Counted from the stretch's first letter, positions 29,053 to 39,343 are shown. The stretch is DNA of 64,000 nucleotides from Spirochaetaceae bacterium (GCA_965224705.1 OZ245056.1:1760001-1824000); one strand, 5' to 3'. A program made the numbers and translations. The notes: generated by a model from the letters alone, not told the origin.

Positions 29053-30389
29053 GGAAGATCTTCCTTTTCCCGATCCATGAGCTCACTCATGAGAAAATCG
29101 GACATTCGGGCATAATCCTCCACACCGGTACTGAATATTGCAGAAGTAATTACGAGACTCGCAATTTCACGTCCTGCACTGACGTCCGTAACCGGAGGAT
29201 TCCAGTTTGCCACCCCCCTATTGTAGCTTTCAAGAGAAGATTCTATCCATTCAAGAAATCCGCCTTCCGCATTGACATGAAGCCTGTCCCAGGTGCTTTT
29301 ACGGGCAGCGGGTATTCCTTTTTGAAGCCCCTCCCAGGACATGGCCTTTCCAGTAGCCCATTCCATGAAAAGCCAGGCCGCTTCTTTTTGCTCTGAACCG
29401 GGATACATTGCCAGCCCCCAGACAGCTACATGGGGAACTGACCCTGCTGGTCCCATCGGTATGGGCAGATACCCGACTTTACCGGCCACAACTGAGGAGG
29501 AGGAATGTTCAAAGAATGAATAGAAAACATTGGCATCGTATATCATGGCTGCTTCACCCCGGCTAAAAACCCAGGTATTTTCATACCACCCATTTGATGC
29601 AGCTTCCGGTGGTCCGTAATTGCTCAGTAAATCCCCGTAATAGCGGGAGGCAGAAACAGCTTCATCTGATGACAGAGCAGGCTTTCCATTCCTGTCAATC
29701 CATTCTCCGCCGAAGGAGTGAACGAAATCTATCCACTGACTGGTGGCTGCTATACGCTTTCCACGGAGTGTAATGCCATAGATTTCTCCATCACTTCGCT
29801 TGAAGATTTCGGCTGCCGCTTTTTCAAGCGCATCCATAGTTTCCGGAGGTTTGAGACCATACGTGTGGAAAACTTCCTTGTTATAGGCAAGCAGGCTGGT
29901 TTCAAAGGCGATCGGAACAATGTAATTCGAGTCATTAAAAGATCCTGTTTCCATAGCAGCGGGAATGATATCATCCACTTCGTATATGGAAAATGTATCT
30001 GTAGGGTTATTGAAAAACGGCGATAGACTTTCAATCCAACCTTCTTTGATGTATCGCTTTAAACTATTCCCGGGCATGATCATATAGACATCAATGTCTG
30101 AAATACCGGAAACCATCTCTACATCCCGTTTCATCCGGAACTGTTCCTCAGGATATATTTCGAGAGACACGTTTATACCAGTGACTTCGGTAAACTCACT
30201 GATAAACGGTTGAATAAGATCGGTCCAGGGATGCTTATTAGCCATAACCTGAATTTCAGTACCATCGTAAAGGTCGGGAGGATTTGCTTCTGATCTATTA
30301 GAATTAGTTTTAATGCTGTTACTGCCGCTGTAGTTGAACACTGCAAAAAGCAATAAAAGCATGCACGGCAGATAGAATATTCGTTTCAT
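29049..30389 (-). CDS. Extracellular solute-binding protein (CUT1 type), likely co-sensor
   Basis: Signal peptide, LAYNK, PPETMD, EAAWLFMEW; stop overlaps the kinase start; no ABC permease nearby. Confidence 0.85.
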   Translation of the reverse strand: MKRIFYLPCMLLLLFAVFNYSGSNSIKTNSNRSEANPPDLYDGTEIQVMANKHPWTDLIQPFISEFTEVTGINVSLEIYPEEQFRMKRDVEMVSGISDIDVYMIMPGNSLKRYIKEGWIESLSPFFNNPTDTFSIYEVDDIIPAAMETGSFNDSNYIVPIAFETSLLAYNKEVFHTYGLKPPETMDALEKAAAEIFKRSDGEIYGITLRGKRIAATSQWIDFVHSFGGEWIDRNGKPALSSDEAVSASRYYGDLLSNYGPPEAASNGWYENTWVFSRGEAAMIYDANVFYSFFEHSSSSVVAGKVGYLPIPMGPAGSVPHVAVWGLAMYPGSEQKEAAWLFMEWATGKAMSWEGLQKGIPAARKSTWDRLHVNAEGGFLEWIESSLESYNRGVANWNPPVTDVSAGREIASLVITSAIFSTGVEDYARMSDFLMSELMDREKEDLP

Positions 30390-30404
30390 GAAATAGCCCT
30401 ATAT

Positions 30405-30429
30405 GGGGATTGGAACCTGTCCAATCCCC
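30405..30429. terminator. Stem-loop downstream of dctM
   Basis: GGGGATTGGA-5 nt-TCCAATCCCC. Confidence 0.55.
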
Positions 30430-30444
30430 CCGCAAGAGACAGGG

Positions 30445-31731
30445 CTAATTTCCATAAACCAGATTAGGAATAAACATAACCAGGTCAGGAAAGAAAATAA
30501 GCAGGACAAGAACCAACAATAGTGTTGCAAGAAACGGGAGGAGCGAACGAACAAGCTCTTCCAATTTCACATTGGCAACACCACTTGCAACATACAGAAC
30601 AGTACCTACCGGTGGTGTCACCAGTCCAATTCCAAGATTGATGCTCATTATAACACCAAAATATACCGGATCAACTCCAACTGCATCCATGACCGGAGTA
30701 AGGATCGGTGCAAGAATAAGAATTGCCGGAGTCAGATCCATTACAAAGCCAATGAGAAAAAGCATCAGATTACTGATAAGCAGAATAACAAGCTTTGACT
30801 GTGTTAGATTTGTCAGCATATCTGCCAGCGACGCAGGAACCCGAGCTCGGGTCAACAGCCATGCCGAAACCATGGCCATACCGCAAAGAAAAAGAACAAT
30901 CGCCGTTGTTTTAGCCGTTGCCAGAAGGATCCTGGGTAGATCCCGAATTGTGATTTCCTTGTAATAGAAAAGTCCAATTAGAAGAGCAGCAACGGCGGCC
31001 ACCGCACCAGCTTCAGTAGCTGTAAAAATACCGCCAAGAATACCACCGACAATGATTATGGGAAGCGTTAGTGCCGGCCACACCTCTACAAGTGCCTGTC
31101 CAACAGCCTTCCAACTGAACGTATGCCCTTCCTGACGCTTTCCATAGCCGTATTTCCTGCTTGTAAAATAAGTGGTAAGCATAAGAAAAATCCCAACTAT
31201 AATTCCGGGAATGATTCCGCCAAGAAACAGGCGGGCAATGGATGTACTCGTAACAATACCGAATAGAATAAAGGGAATACTTGGAGGAATAATAATCCCG
31301 ATAACTGCTGAACTGGCTGTTACTGCAGCAGAGTAGGGGGGGGAATACTTCTGCTCCACCATCGGCGGAACCATCAATCCCCCGATTGCCGCAGTATCGG
31401 CAATTGCCGAACCGCTAATCCCTCCAAAGAACATACTGGCAAGAATATTGACATGACCAAGACCGCCGGTAATATGACCGACAAAAGCATCGGCGAGCTT
31501 AACCAGTCTTTTGGCGATACCGCCATGGTTCATAACTTCACCAACGAACATGAAGAAGGGAATTGCCAGCAGAGGAAAACTGTTCATCCCTGAAATCATC
31601 CGGCTTGGAAGAATTGTAAAGGGCAGATCCAGCACAAGCATCAAAACAACATTGGCAAGACCAAGAGAAAATACCACCGGAATCCCAATAAGAACGGAGG
31701 TAAATAAAACTAAAAGAAAAATCCAGAGCAT
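30445..31731 (-). CDS. dctM: TRAP transporter large permease
   Basis: LAIPFF, FGGISGSAIAD, IIPPSIP, TPPVG. Confidence 0.95.
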   Translation of the reverse strand: MLWIFLLVLFTSVLIGIPVVFSLGLANVVLMLVLDLPFTILPSRMISGMNSFPLLAIPFFMFVGEVMNHGGIAKRLVKLADAFVGHITGGLGHVNILASMFFGGISGSAIADTAAIGGLMVPPMVEQKYSPPYSAAVTASSAVIGIIIPPSIPFILFGIVTSTSIARLFLGGIIPGIIVGIFLMLTTYFTSRKYGYGKRQEGHTFSWKAVGQALVEVWPALTLPIIIVGGILGGIFTATEAGAVAAVAALLIGLFYYKEITIRDLPRILLATAKTTAIVLFLCGMAMVSAWLLTRARVPASLADMLTNLTQSKLVILLISNLMLFLIGFVMDLTPAILILAPILTPVMDAVGVDPVYFGVIMSINLGIGLVTPPVGTVLYVASGVANVKLEELVRSLLPFLATLLLVLVLLIFFPDLVMFIPNLVYGN

Positions 31732-31737
31732 AACAAT

Positions 31738-32241
31738 TTACTCCACTGAAACTCGAGATTCATGCTGCTCTTCTTTACCAGAAATCAGAGCAATTACTTT
31801 GCCGCTTCCGATCAGCACCATGAGGGCACCGCAAAATGGCACGATGAGGTAGATCAACGACATTGGAATAGATAATGCCGGAGATACATTCATAACTGTT
31901 GTTGAAGCGGTATACCCGAACCATGTCAGGAGTCCTAAAAGCATGACAATCAGCAATTGCCGAATGATCGCAATACCCTGCTGCAGTTTTTTGGATTTAA
32001 TCTTATCAACCATAAAGCTCAGCCCGACATGCTCATCTTTTTTGTAAGCACTTACAGCTCCAATAAAAGAGGTCCAGATAAACAAAAAGCGAGATAACTC
32101 ATCAGCCCATCCGACAGATTTGTTGATAACAAAACGCATAAAGACATTGTAGGTAACAGCGATAAACATTGAGACAGTCAAAGTAATAAGAAGAACATTG
32201 TACGCCTTCCCAAAGAATGCAAAAGAACTTTTTTTATTCAT
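31738..32241 (-). CDS. dctQ: TRAP transporter small permease
   Basis: WADELSRFLFIW; 4 TM. Confidence 0.92.
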   Translation of the reverse strand: MNKKSSFAFFGKAYNVLLITLTVSMFIAVTYNVFMRFVINKSVGWADELSRFLFIWTSFIGAVSAYKKDEHVGLSFMVDKIKSKKLQQGIAIIRQLLIVMLLGLLTWFGYTASTTVMNVSPALSIPMSLIYLIVPFCGALMVLIGSGKVIALISGKEEQHESRVSVE

Positions 32242-32327
32242 CCTTTCAATACTCCTGTAAAAAACAAAACCGGCCGGAAATACCCAAACTGACTCCCGGT
32301 CGGTTCAAAGCCTGAGAACAATTACTA

Positions 32328-33332
32328 TTAAAACTCAGTTAGTTTTTCTAGTACACTATTGATGAGATCTTCACCAATTATTTCAGAATATTTTTCATAG
32401 ACTGGAGATACAGCACTCTGGAATGCAGCTTTCTGTCCAGCAGTCAGCTCTGTAACATTCATAACATCTTTGAGCTTTTCAAGATATTCAGTATTGTAGC
32501 GGCGGTTCAGTTCACGGTTATGACCCCTGGACTTAATCGCTGCTTCCATTACGACGTCCTGAAGGTCAGAGGGGAGGCCGTCCCAGAAGCTCTGAGCAAT
32601 CATAAGAACGAAAGGAGAGTATACGTGTCCTGTGTCAGTGGTGTACTGCTGTACTTCAGGGAAGTTCTGGAGATAGATAGTTCCCCAAGGATTTTCCTGA
32701 CCATCTACAACACCCTGCTGCATTGCAGAGAAAAGCTCACCAAAAGCCATGGGAGTGGGGTTTGCACCCATGGAACGCCATGCGTCAAGATGCATGGGGT
32801 TTTCCATTGTTCGCACTTTCATTCCATTTACATCAGCGGGAGTAACAACAGGACGTACACTGTTAGTCAGGTTTCGGTAACCATTTTCCCAGTAAACAAG
32901 TCCCTTGATTCCGATTGAAGAAAGATCATCAAGCAGTTCCTGACCGATTTCACTGTCAAGAACATAGTCTGCAGCTTCATGGTTAGGGAAAAGGAAGGGA
33001 AGATCGAATACTCCATACTGGGGAAGGAAGGGGGCAATAGGAGCAGTGGAGGGACAGGTCATTTCTTGCTCACCACGCTGAAGCGCTTCCATCATCTCAC
33101 GGTCATCGCCAAGCTGACTGGAATGGTACAACTCAACAACGATACGGCCGTCACTGTTTGCTTCAACCAGTTCCTTGAAGTATACGAGAGACTCGTACTG
33201 AGCTGATTTGTCATTAAGACCAATACCAGCTGTAATTGTGAAAATTTCCTGATCTTTGTCAGCAGTACCTTCAGCAAAAACGCCAGAGCTCAGCAGAGAA
33301 AGAACAATAAGGGTTAATAGAATCTTTTTCAT
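32328..33332 (-). CDS. dctP: TRAP transporter substrate-binding protein
   Basis: SSQLGDDRE, DLPFLF, ENGYR, KVRTM, VDGQENP; AGGAGG RBS before MKKIL. Confidence 0.95.
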   Translation of the reverse strand: MKKILLTLIVLSLLSSGVFAEGTADKDQEIFTITAGIGLNDKSAQYESLVYFKELVEANSDGRIVVELYHSSQLGDDREMMEALQRGEQEMTCPSTAPIAPFLPQYGVFDLPFLFPNHEAADYVLDSEIGQELLDDLSSIGIKGLVYWENGYRNLTNSVRPVVTPADVNGMKVRTMENPMHLDAWRSMGANPTPMAFGELFSAMQQGVVDGQENPWGTIYLQNFPEVQQYTTDTGHVYSPFVLMIAQSFWDGLPSDLQDVVMEAAIKSRGHNRELNRRYNTEYLEKLKDVMNVTELTAGQKAAFQSAVSPVYEKYSEIIGEDLINSVLEKLTEF

Positions 33333-33396
33333 AAATCCTCCTAAATGATAGTACTGACTATAAAAAAGTAAGAAAAAACATGCATCAAAAATCATC

Positions 33397-33446
33397 CCAA
33401 CGGCAAAATAGCAGATTGAACGGTAACAATGGTCTATAAACGGCCA
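33397..33446 (-). promoter_or_regulatory. Three putative LytTR-binding direct repeats upstream of dctP
   Basis: Minus-strand GCCGTTTA, ACCGTTCA and GCCGTTGG at exact 20-bp periodicity. Confidence 0.55.
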
Positions 33447-33622
33447 TTAAACTAATTCCGGGTAGGAATTACAGTGTCTTTATTTTCAAAGATACGGGCT
33501 GGTCCACCGAAACTCCAGGCATTTTCGGGAATCGCAGAAGGTTAGTTACAGTTCCCTCAGGTGGGAGATTATCCTTTAGAGCCGCATTAGAGCTTGAAGT
33601 TCCGGTGGTTTGTAGGGCTTTC

Positions 33623-33760
33623 CAGGAGTCTGTCGGACTCCAAGACTTCGAGGCGATTTTTGGTGATTTTTTCCTGATGCAAGGCGACAAAACGGAGCGT
33701 AGTTTGGCTATGTGAGTATTTTGGCAACGCAGCAGCAGGGTATGAGAGTCCAGGACTCGC
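33623..33760 (+). mobile_element. Family A MITE-like element (long copy)
   Basis: CAGGAGTCTGTCGGACT left end; first 64 bp nearly identical to 38377-38440; degenerate right end GAGAGTCC. Confidence 0.6.
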
Positions 33761-33925
33761 CCTCTGTACCAAAGCCCCCTGCACCTGAGCCCCCGCCTCC
33801 GTACCTCCGTAAGAAAACTCCCTTCCAGCTAAGCGAAAAGGGGGATTCTCAAGGGTCCCCCCTGGGCAATCGCATCTAAAATCCACTAGCCAGAGTGTTT
33901 TTCAAAGCCTTATTCATGGGTTTTT

Positions 33926-34143
33926 AACCGCAGAGGACGCAGAGAGCGCAGAGTGTTCAAGATAAATGTTGACCAATCTGTTTATGCTATAGAGACGAAA
34001 AAACCCGGACTAAAGTAAGACTTTTTCTCCATTTTTGGGCGTTTTGCCCAAAATGTGGGTGCGTCCATGCGCCCACGGGCAGCTCTAAGCGGTTTTAAGA
34101 GCTACCCTATATCTCTCTGCGTACCTCTGCGTTCTCTGCGGTT
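33926..34143. repeat. Inverted-repeat-bounded structured element ((CGCAGAG)n arms)
   Basis: AACCGCAGAGGACGCAGAGAGCGCAGAG ... CTCTGCGTACCTCTGCGTTCTCTGCGGTT, with several small internal hairpins. Confidence 0.75.
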
Positions 34144-34367
34144 TAATGCCGCTTTGAGGAGATTCCACATTCTTTGAGACACTGGATAAAAATTTCCATT
34201 GATCCCGAAAATCAGTGTTTTTCATTCTATTTGGGACAGAATTAGATGCAATTACCCTGAGGGTCCTCCCTTGAGTCGTATTTTTCTTTGTTAAACTTTC
34301 TTTTTGTCGAAAAAAAGAAAGTTTAGGCCCCGGATGCATGGCCGAGCAGGAAGCGGAGCTTCCGACC

Positions 34368-34411
34368 AGGCCCAGCGGCCCGAGCGACCTTTAGGCCCAG
34401 CGGCCCGAGCG
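34368..34411. repeat. 19-bp direct repeat x2
   Basis: AGGCCCAGCGGCCCGAGCG at 34368 and 34393. Confidence 0.8.
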
Positions 34412-34449
34412 TAGATAAAGCAGCAAAACTATGCTAAGTTTAATACGGC

Positions 34450-36213
34450 ATGGAAAAGAATCTGACTCAGGGTATCACCGATTTTAAGGAATTCATCGAT
34501 AATGATTGCTACTTTGTCGATAAAACCCGTCTTATAGCGCATTTTATTAATGACCTCAGCAAGGTACATCTCATCACCCGGCCCCGGCGCTTCGGTAAAA
34601 CCTTGAATTTAAGCATGATCCGCTACTTCCTGGAGGCCCCCCTACCCATCCGCAAACAGCAGGATTCCCACTCATCGGTTACAACGCCCAATGCCTACCT
34701 TTTTGAAGATCTTGCAATCGCCTCCCACCCGTGCTGTGCCGAGTTCATGGGGCAGTATCCGGTCATTCATTTGAGCTTCAAGGATGTGAAAAACAACGCA
34801 TACAGCAAAACAATCAACCTTGTCCGAGAAGTCATTGCCATTGAGTTCAACAGGCATGGATATCTAACAGAGCAAGGATTCTTAAACAGCCGGGAAGAAA
34901 TTTTCTTCACAAGCATAGTCAATCAGGAAGGTACAGACGAGGACTATGCAAAATCCATCAAGTGGCTTTCCACATGGCTCCACCGCGCCTACGGCAAACC
35001 CCCATACATCCTTCTGGACGAGTATGATACCCCCCTGCATTCGGCCCATGTAGATAAGTACTACGATCAGATGATCACCTTCATCCGCAGCTTCATGGTG
35101 CAGACCTTCAAAGACAACCCCCACCTGAAACAGGCCGTGGTGATCGGCATATTGAAAGTTGCCCAGGAAAGCATATTCAGCGACTTTAACAATCCCAGGG
35201 TCAGTACATTGCTGGATCCGGAAATAGAGGATAGCTTCGGATTCACCGAGTCCGAGGTAGAAGCCATGGCCGCCTACTTTGGACTGGAAGACGAAATGGA
35301 GGGCATAAAAGAATGGTACAACGGCTACCTCTTCGGCGAGAATACCATTATCTACAACCCATGGAGCATTGTCAGCTTTCTTAGCCGCCCCAGAGCCGGA
35401 CTGAAACCCCACTGGATAGGCACCAGCGACAATAGGCTGATCAAGGATGTCATCCAATTAGACCGCCGGGAAGCCAAGATGACCATAGAAAAACTCCTGC
35501 GGAAGGAAGAAGTCCGCAAACCCCTGCTGACCAACATTCCCTACCCTCAGGTGGAAAGCGACCCGGACGTAGTATGGAGCTTTTTACTCCACAGCGGCTA
35601 TCTGAAGGCCTCCGAGAGGCGGCAGGAACACAGGGACATAACATGGCGGCTTTCCATTCCCAACCTGGAGGTGGAAACCGCCTGGATTACCGTTATTTCC
35701 CGCTGGCTTAAGGAAGATATCAGGATAAACGAACACTTCACGGACTTCGTCATCGGCATCCAGGAAGCCAGTCCCCGGCACATAGAACGGGGACTGTCCC
35801 GAATTCTTCGCGGTTTGGCCAGCTACCATGATACGGCCAGGAGCAAAGAGGATTGGGAAGACGAGGAATCGAGACGGGAGAACTTCTACCACGGCCTGGT
35901 ACTGGGTCTTCTGGCCTGCCTGAGCCCGGCGTATGCCGTTGAGAGCAACCGGGAATACGGAGAAGGCCGGCCGGACATCGTCGTTGTCAAGAAGGGAAGC
36001 AATCCAGTCCAGGCCGAGGAAGCCGTCCTTTTGGAGTTCAAACATGGGAACGCAAAGGACGGCAAAGCCCTGGAAGATTTAGCCCGTGAAGCCCATACCC
36101 AGGCAGTAACGAAGTACATGGATGGAGTAAGGGAAAAATGGCATCCTGGGCGCCTACTTGTTCTGGGGGCAGGATTCAAGGGCAGGGAACTGGCGGTTTT
36201 TTATGATTCATAA
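34450..36213 (+). CDS. AAA-ATPase-like protein with C-terminal PD-(D/E)XK nuclease domain
   Basis: YFVDKT, ITRPRRFGKT, LLDEYD, WYNGY, ENFYHG, SNREYGEGRPD, EFK. Confidence 0.93.
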   Translation: MEKNLTQGITDFKEFIDNDCYFVDKTRLIAHFINDLSKVHLITRPRRFGKTLNLSMIRYFLEAPLPIRKQQDSHSSVTTPNAYLFEDLAIASHPCCAEFMGQYPVIHLSFKDVKNNAYSKTINLVREVIAIEFNRHGYLTEQGFLNSREEIFFTSIVNQEGTDEDYAKSIKWLSTWLHRAYGKPPYILLDEYDTPLHSAHVDKYYDQMITFIRSFMVQTFKDNPHLKQAVVIGILKVAQESIFSDFNNPRVSTLLDPEIEDSFGFTESEVEAMAAYFGLEDEMEGIKEWYNGYLFGENTIIYNPWSIVSFLSRPRAGLKPHWIGTSDNRLIKDVIQLDRREAKMTIEKLLRKEEVRKPLLTNIPYPQVESDPDVVWSFLLHSGYLKASERRQEHRDITWRLSIPNLEVETAWITVISRWLKEDIRINEHFTDFVIGIQEASPRHIERGLSRILRGLASYHDTARSKEDWEDEESRRENFYHGLVLGLLACLSPAYAVESNREYGEGRPDIVVVKKGSNPVQAEEAVLLEFKHGNAKDGKALEDLAREAHTQAVTKYMDGVREKWHPGRLLVLGAGFKGRELAVFYDS

Positions 36214-36318
36214 CTCCCTTAGCATGGGCCGTGTCAGCCCCATGGTGGAATAAAACGGAGTCGAAAGCCCGGCGCAAGCACGATGCACCCGCCCGGAGGC
36301 GAAATTCTCTAAGCGTAC

Positions 36319-36347
36319 TTGACGACGATTTTATCCTGTCGTACAAT
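36319..36347 (+). promoter_or_regulatory. Putative sigma70 promoter of aldB-DUF779
   Basis: TTGACG-17-TACAAT. Confidence 0.6.
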
Positions 36348-36409
36348 GCATTTATGCAGGAATTGTGTTTGGATTGCATAAAAGAAGATAGCGATAGAGG
36401 AGGCTATAT

Positions 36410-37957
36410 ATGAGTGCATTATCAGAGGCGAAAACAGGCGGAGCATTAAACTCAGATCATTTAGGAGTATCGTATCCGTTCAAGGAGAGGTATGGGAATT
36501 ACATAAACGGTAAATTTGTAGAACCCTTGAACGGGGAGTATTTTGACAACCCTACTCCAGTGACAGGTCAGACATTATGCCAGATAGGCCGTTCGGGAGC
36601 ATCAGACATAGCGGCAGCATTAGATGCAGCCCATGGGGCATTTCCGTTGTGGGGTAATACGTCGGTGACAGAACGTTCAAAAATATTACTCAAGATAGCC
36701 GACATAATGGAGGAGAATTTACAGACTCTCGCAGTAGCGGAGACATTAGATAATGGGAAGCCAATTCGTGAGACATTGAATGCGGATTTATTGTTAGCTA
36801 TCGATCATTATCGTTATTTCGGGGGGGTAATCCGTGGGGAGGAAGGAAGCATAAGTGAGATAGATTCGCAGACCTATGCGTATCATATAAAAGAGCCGCT
36901 CGGAGTAGTAGGGCAGATAATTCCGTGGAATTTTCCATTGCTGATGGCGGCATGGAAGCTAGCCCCGGCTTTAGCGGCGGGGAACTGTGTCGTTTTAAAG
37001 CCAGCGGAGCAGACTCCAGCGTCGATAATGGTATGGCTTGAGATGATAGGAGACCTATTACCGCCTGGCGTATTAAATGTAGTAAGCGGATATGGTTTGG
37101 AGGCGGGAAAGCCGTTGGCATCATCAGACAGGATATCGAAGGTAGCGTTTACGGGAGAGACAACGACAGGACGATTAATAATGCAATATGCGAGTGAGAA
37201 TCTGATACCAGTGACACTGGAGTTAGGCGGCAAGTCTCCGAACATATTTTTTGCAGACGTAATGGACGCAGACGACGACTACTTTGACAAATGTTTAGAG
37301 GGATTCACGATGTTTGCATTAAACCAGGGGGAGGTATGCACGTGTCCGAGTCGTGTGCTGATAGAGGAGTCGATATACGAAAGATTTATTGATCGTGCGT
37401 TATCGCGCGTGGGAAAGATAAAGCAGGGAAATCCGCTTGATCCAGGCACGATGATAGGGGCGCAGGTATCGATGGAGCAGATGGAGAAGATAAGTTCCTA
37501 TTTATCATTAGGAGTGGAAGAAGGAGCAAAGTTATTAGCGGGCGGTTCGGTATCGGAGTTAGGAGGGGATTTGTCTGACGGGTACTATATTCAGCCGACG
37601 GTCTTCAAAGGACACAATAAGATGCGAATATTTCAGGAGGAGATATTCGGCCCGGTGGTATCAGTGACGACATTCAAAGACGAGGCGGAGGCGATAGAGA
37701 TAGCGAATGATACGTTATATGGATTGGGAGCCGGAGTATGGTCTCGTAATGGTAACATAGCGTTTCGTGTAGGGAAGGCGATACAGGCGGGCCGTGTATG
37801 GACGAATTGCTATCATGCATATCCTGCGCATGCGGCGTTTGGAGGCTACAAGCAATCTGGCATAGGCAGAGAGACACATAAGATGATGTTAAATCACTAT
37901 CGTCAGACGAAGAATCTATTGGTATCATATGATGAGAAGGCATTAGGTTTCTTTTAA
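36410..37957 (+). CDS. aldB: NAD-dependent aldehyde dehydrogenase (AldB/ExaC type)
   Basis: [38 protein letters not shown]. Confidence 0.93.
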   Translation: MSALSEAKTGGALNSDHLGVSYPFKERYGNYINGKFVEPLNGEYFDNPTPVTGQTLCQIGRSGASDIAAALDAAHGAFPLWGNTSVTERSKILLKIADIMEENLQTLAVAETLDNGKPIRETLNADLLLAIDHYRYFGGVIRGEEGSISEIDSQTYAYHIKEPLGVVGQIIPWNFPLLMAAWKLAPALAAGNCVVLKPAEQTPASIMVWLEMIGDLLPPGVLNVVSGYGLEAGKPLASSDRISKVAFTGETTTGRLIMQYASENLIPVTLELGGKSPNIFFADVMDADDDYFDKCLEGFTMFALNQGEVCTCPSRVLIEESIYERFIDRALSRVGKIKQGNPLDPGTMIGAQVSMEQMEKISSYLSLGVEEGAKLLAGGSVSELGGDLSDGYYIQPTVFKGHNKMRIFQEEIFGPVVSVTTFKDEAEAIEIANDTLYGLGAGVWSRNGNIAFRVGKAIQAGRVWTNCYHAYPAHAAFGGYKQSGIGRETHKMMLNHYRQTKNLLVSYDEKALGFF

Positions 37958-37961
37958 TATA

Positions 37962-38357
37962 ATGCGTGAGTCAAAAGAGATAGTAGCGGATCGGGAAGAA
38001 GTAGCGGAAATATCACATGTAAGAGCGACATCGGCGGCGTTATCATTGATAGAGGAGATCAAGTCAAGACATGGTTCATCACTGATATTTCATCAGTCTG
38101 GTGGATGTTGTGATGGTTCGTCGCCGATGTGTTATTTAGCGGGGGAGTTTCGTATAGGCGAGCGAGACATAAAGTTAGGAGAGGTAGGTGGCGTTCCATT
38201 TTACATAGGTGGCCGTCAATACGAATACTGGAAGCACACCGACTTATTACTCGATGCGATATCAGGAATAGGAGGGATGTTTTCATTAGACAATGGTACG
38301 GGCAGACGTTTTCTAATTCGTTCAAACGTGTGTACGGTAGACAACAAATCTAATTGA
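37962..38357 (+). CDS. DUF779 family protein
   Basis: FHQSGGCCDGSSPMCY; usual partner of aldB. Confidence 0.9.
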   Translation: MRESKEIVADREEVAEISHVRATSAALSLIEEIKSRHGSSLIFHQSGGCCDGSSPMCYLAGEFRIGERDIKLGEVGGVPFYIGGRQYEYWKHTDLLLDAISGIGGMFSLDNGTGRRFLIRSNVCTVDNKSN

Positions 38358-38376
38358 GGCAGACAACCCTGTATCC

Positions 38377-38440
38377 CAGGAGTCTGTCGGACTTTAAGAC
38401 TTCGAGGCGATTTTTGATGATTTCTTCCTGATGCAAGGCG
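38377..38440 (+). repeat. Family A repeat (64 bp, direct repeat of 33623-33686)
   Basis: 4 mismatches over 64 bp by manual alignment. Confidence 0.85.
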
Positions 38441-38465
38441 CCTTTAAGATTTTCTCCCCATTTTC

Positions 38466-38494
38466 TTGATTCTGAGAATCACTATTGCTATAAT
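38466..38494 (+). promoter_or_regulatory. Sigma70 promoter, probably leaderless
   Basis: TTGATT-17-TATAAT with extended -10 TG; ATG 6 nt downstream; no SD. Confidence 0.65.
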
Positions 38495-38500
38495 ACCAGT

Positions 38501-39343
38501 ATGAATACAAAAAAGATTAGTTTTATAGCTGTCATTCTATTTATTGTCGGAATTCCTCTCCTGTATGTCGCATGCCCCGGCACGGGGGGCGATGACCCCA
38601 ACACGGGGGGCGATGACCCCAGCACGGGGAGCAGTACAGCACCCGCATGGAGTACCGAACCCACGGTGGTAGCGGAAGCGGGCGGCTACACAATAACAGC
38701 AGGAACCGTAACAGGCGACCCGGAACCAGTTGTTTCATACTACGTTGCTCCTGATAAGACGTCGGTCCCCGCTGATGAAGCAAGTGAATCCGCCTGGACA
38801 AACGAGGGATTTTCTGTGGTCCAAGCCGGACCCAATGCAACTGTGGCAAGTGACGGAACAAAGGGAGGAGTTGCAGGTGATCTGGATCTTTACGCTGTCG
38901 CTGTTAATTCAGCAGGACATAAAAAAACTGGGAGTATAGATTTCTCTGTCACCGCGGCTGCTGTTGCACCAGGTTTTGGTGGGAACAACTACCCTGATGT
39001 AAGTACGCCCGACGCTGGGGCGTTCACTTTGGCTGGGAGTCTTGGAGGAGATGTGACCGGAGACCCATATCCGGCAATCGAGTTCTACTATACACTGAGA
39101 AGTAATGAAGACACAGCTCCTGATGATGCTCCCTGGCCCGGTAATGACTGGCCGGAAACCTGGACAAGAATTGACGTTAATGACGGGGGGAAAATCAGTG
39201 ATACCAGTAAGTGGCAGACAGGTCCCTTTGATGCTCCTGCGGGTGAGTACAGCCTGTATTCTGTTCTTACCAATTATGCTGGATCCACAAAATGGGGTTC
39301 TGGTACCGATGGCAAAGATCCTATACGAATCACAGTGAAGTAA
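38501..39343 (+). CDS. Surface lipoprotein with two Ig-like repeats
   Basis: Signal peptide ending LYVAC, TGGDDP linker, two repeats AP...VTGDPxP...Y...N.AG...V. Confidence 0.65.
   Translation: MNTKKISFIAVILFIVGIPLLYVACPGTGGDDPNTGGDDPSTGSSTAPAWSTEPTVVAEAGGYTITAGTVTGDPEPVVSYYVAPDKTSVPADEASESAWTNEGFSVVQAGPNATVASDGTKGGVAGDLDLYAVAVNSAGHKKTGSIDFSVTAAAVAPGFGGNNYPDVSTPDAGAFTLAGSLGGDVTGDPYPAIEFYYTLRSNEDTAPDDAPWPGNDWPETWTRIDVNDGGKISDTSKWQTGPFDAPAGEYSLYSVLTNYAGSTKWGSGTDGKDPIRITVK
38581..38629. repeat. 21-bp tandem repeat x2.3 in the lipoprotein linker
   Basis: CACGGGGGGCGATGACCCCAR. Confidence 0.85.

Noticed and set aside
34322..34411. Possible mini-CRISPR or iteron array
   Set aside because: Only two full 19-bp copies with a 6-nt gap; no cas or rep gene
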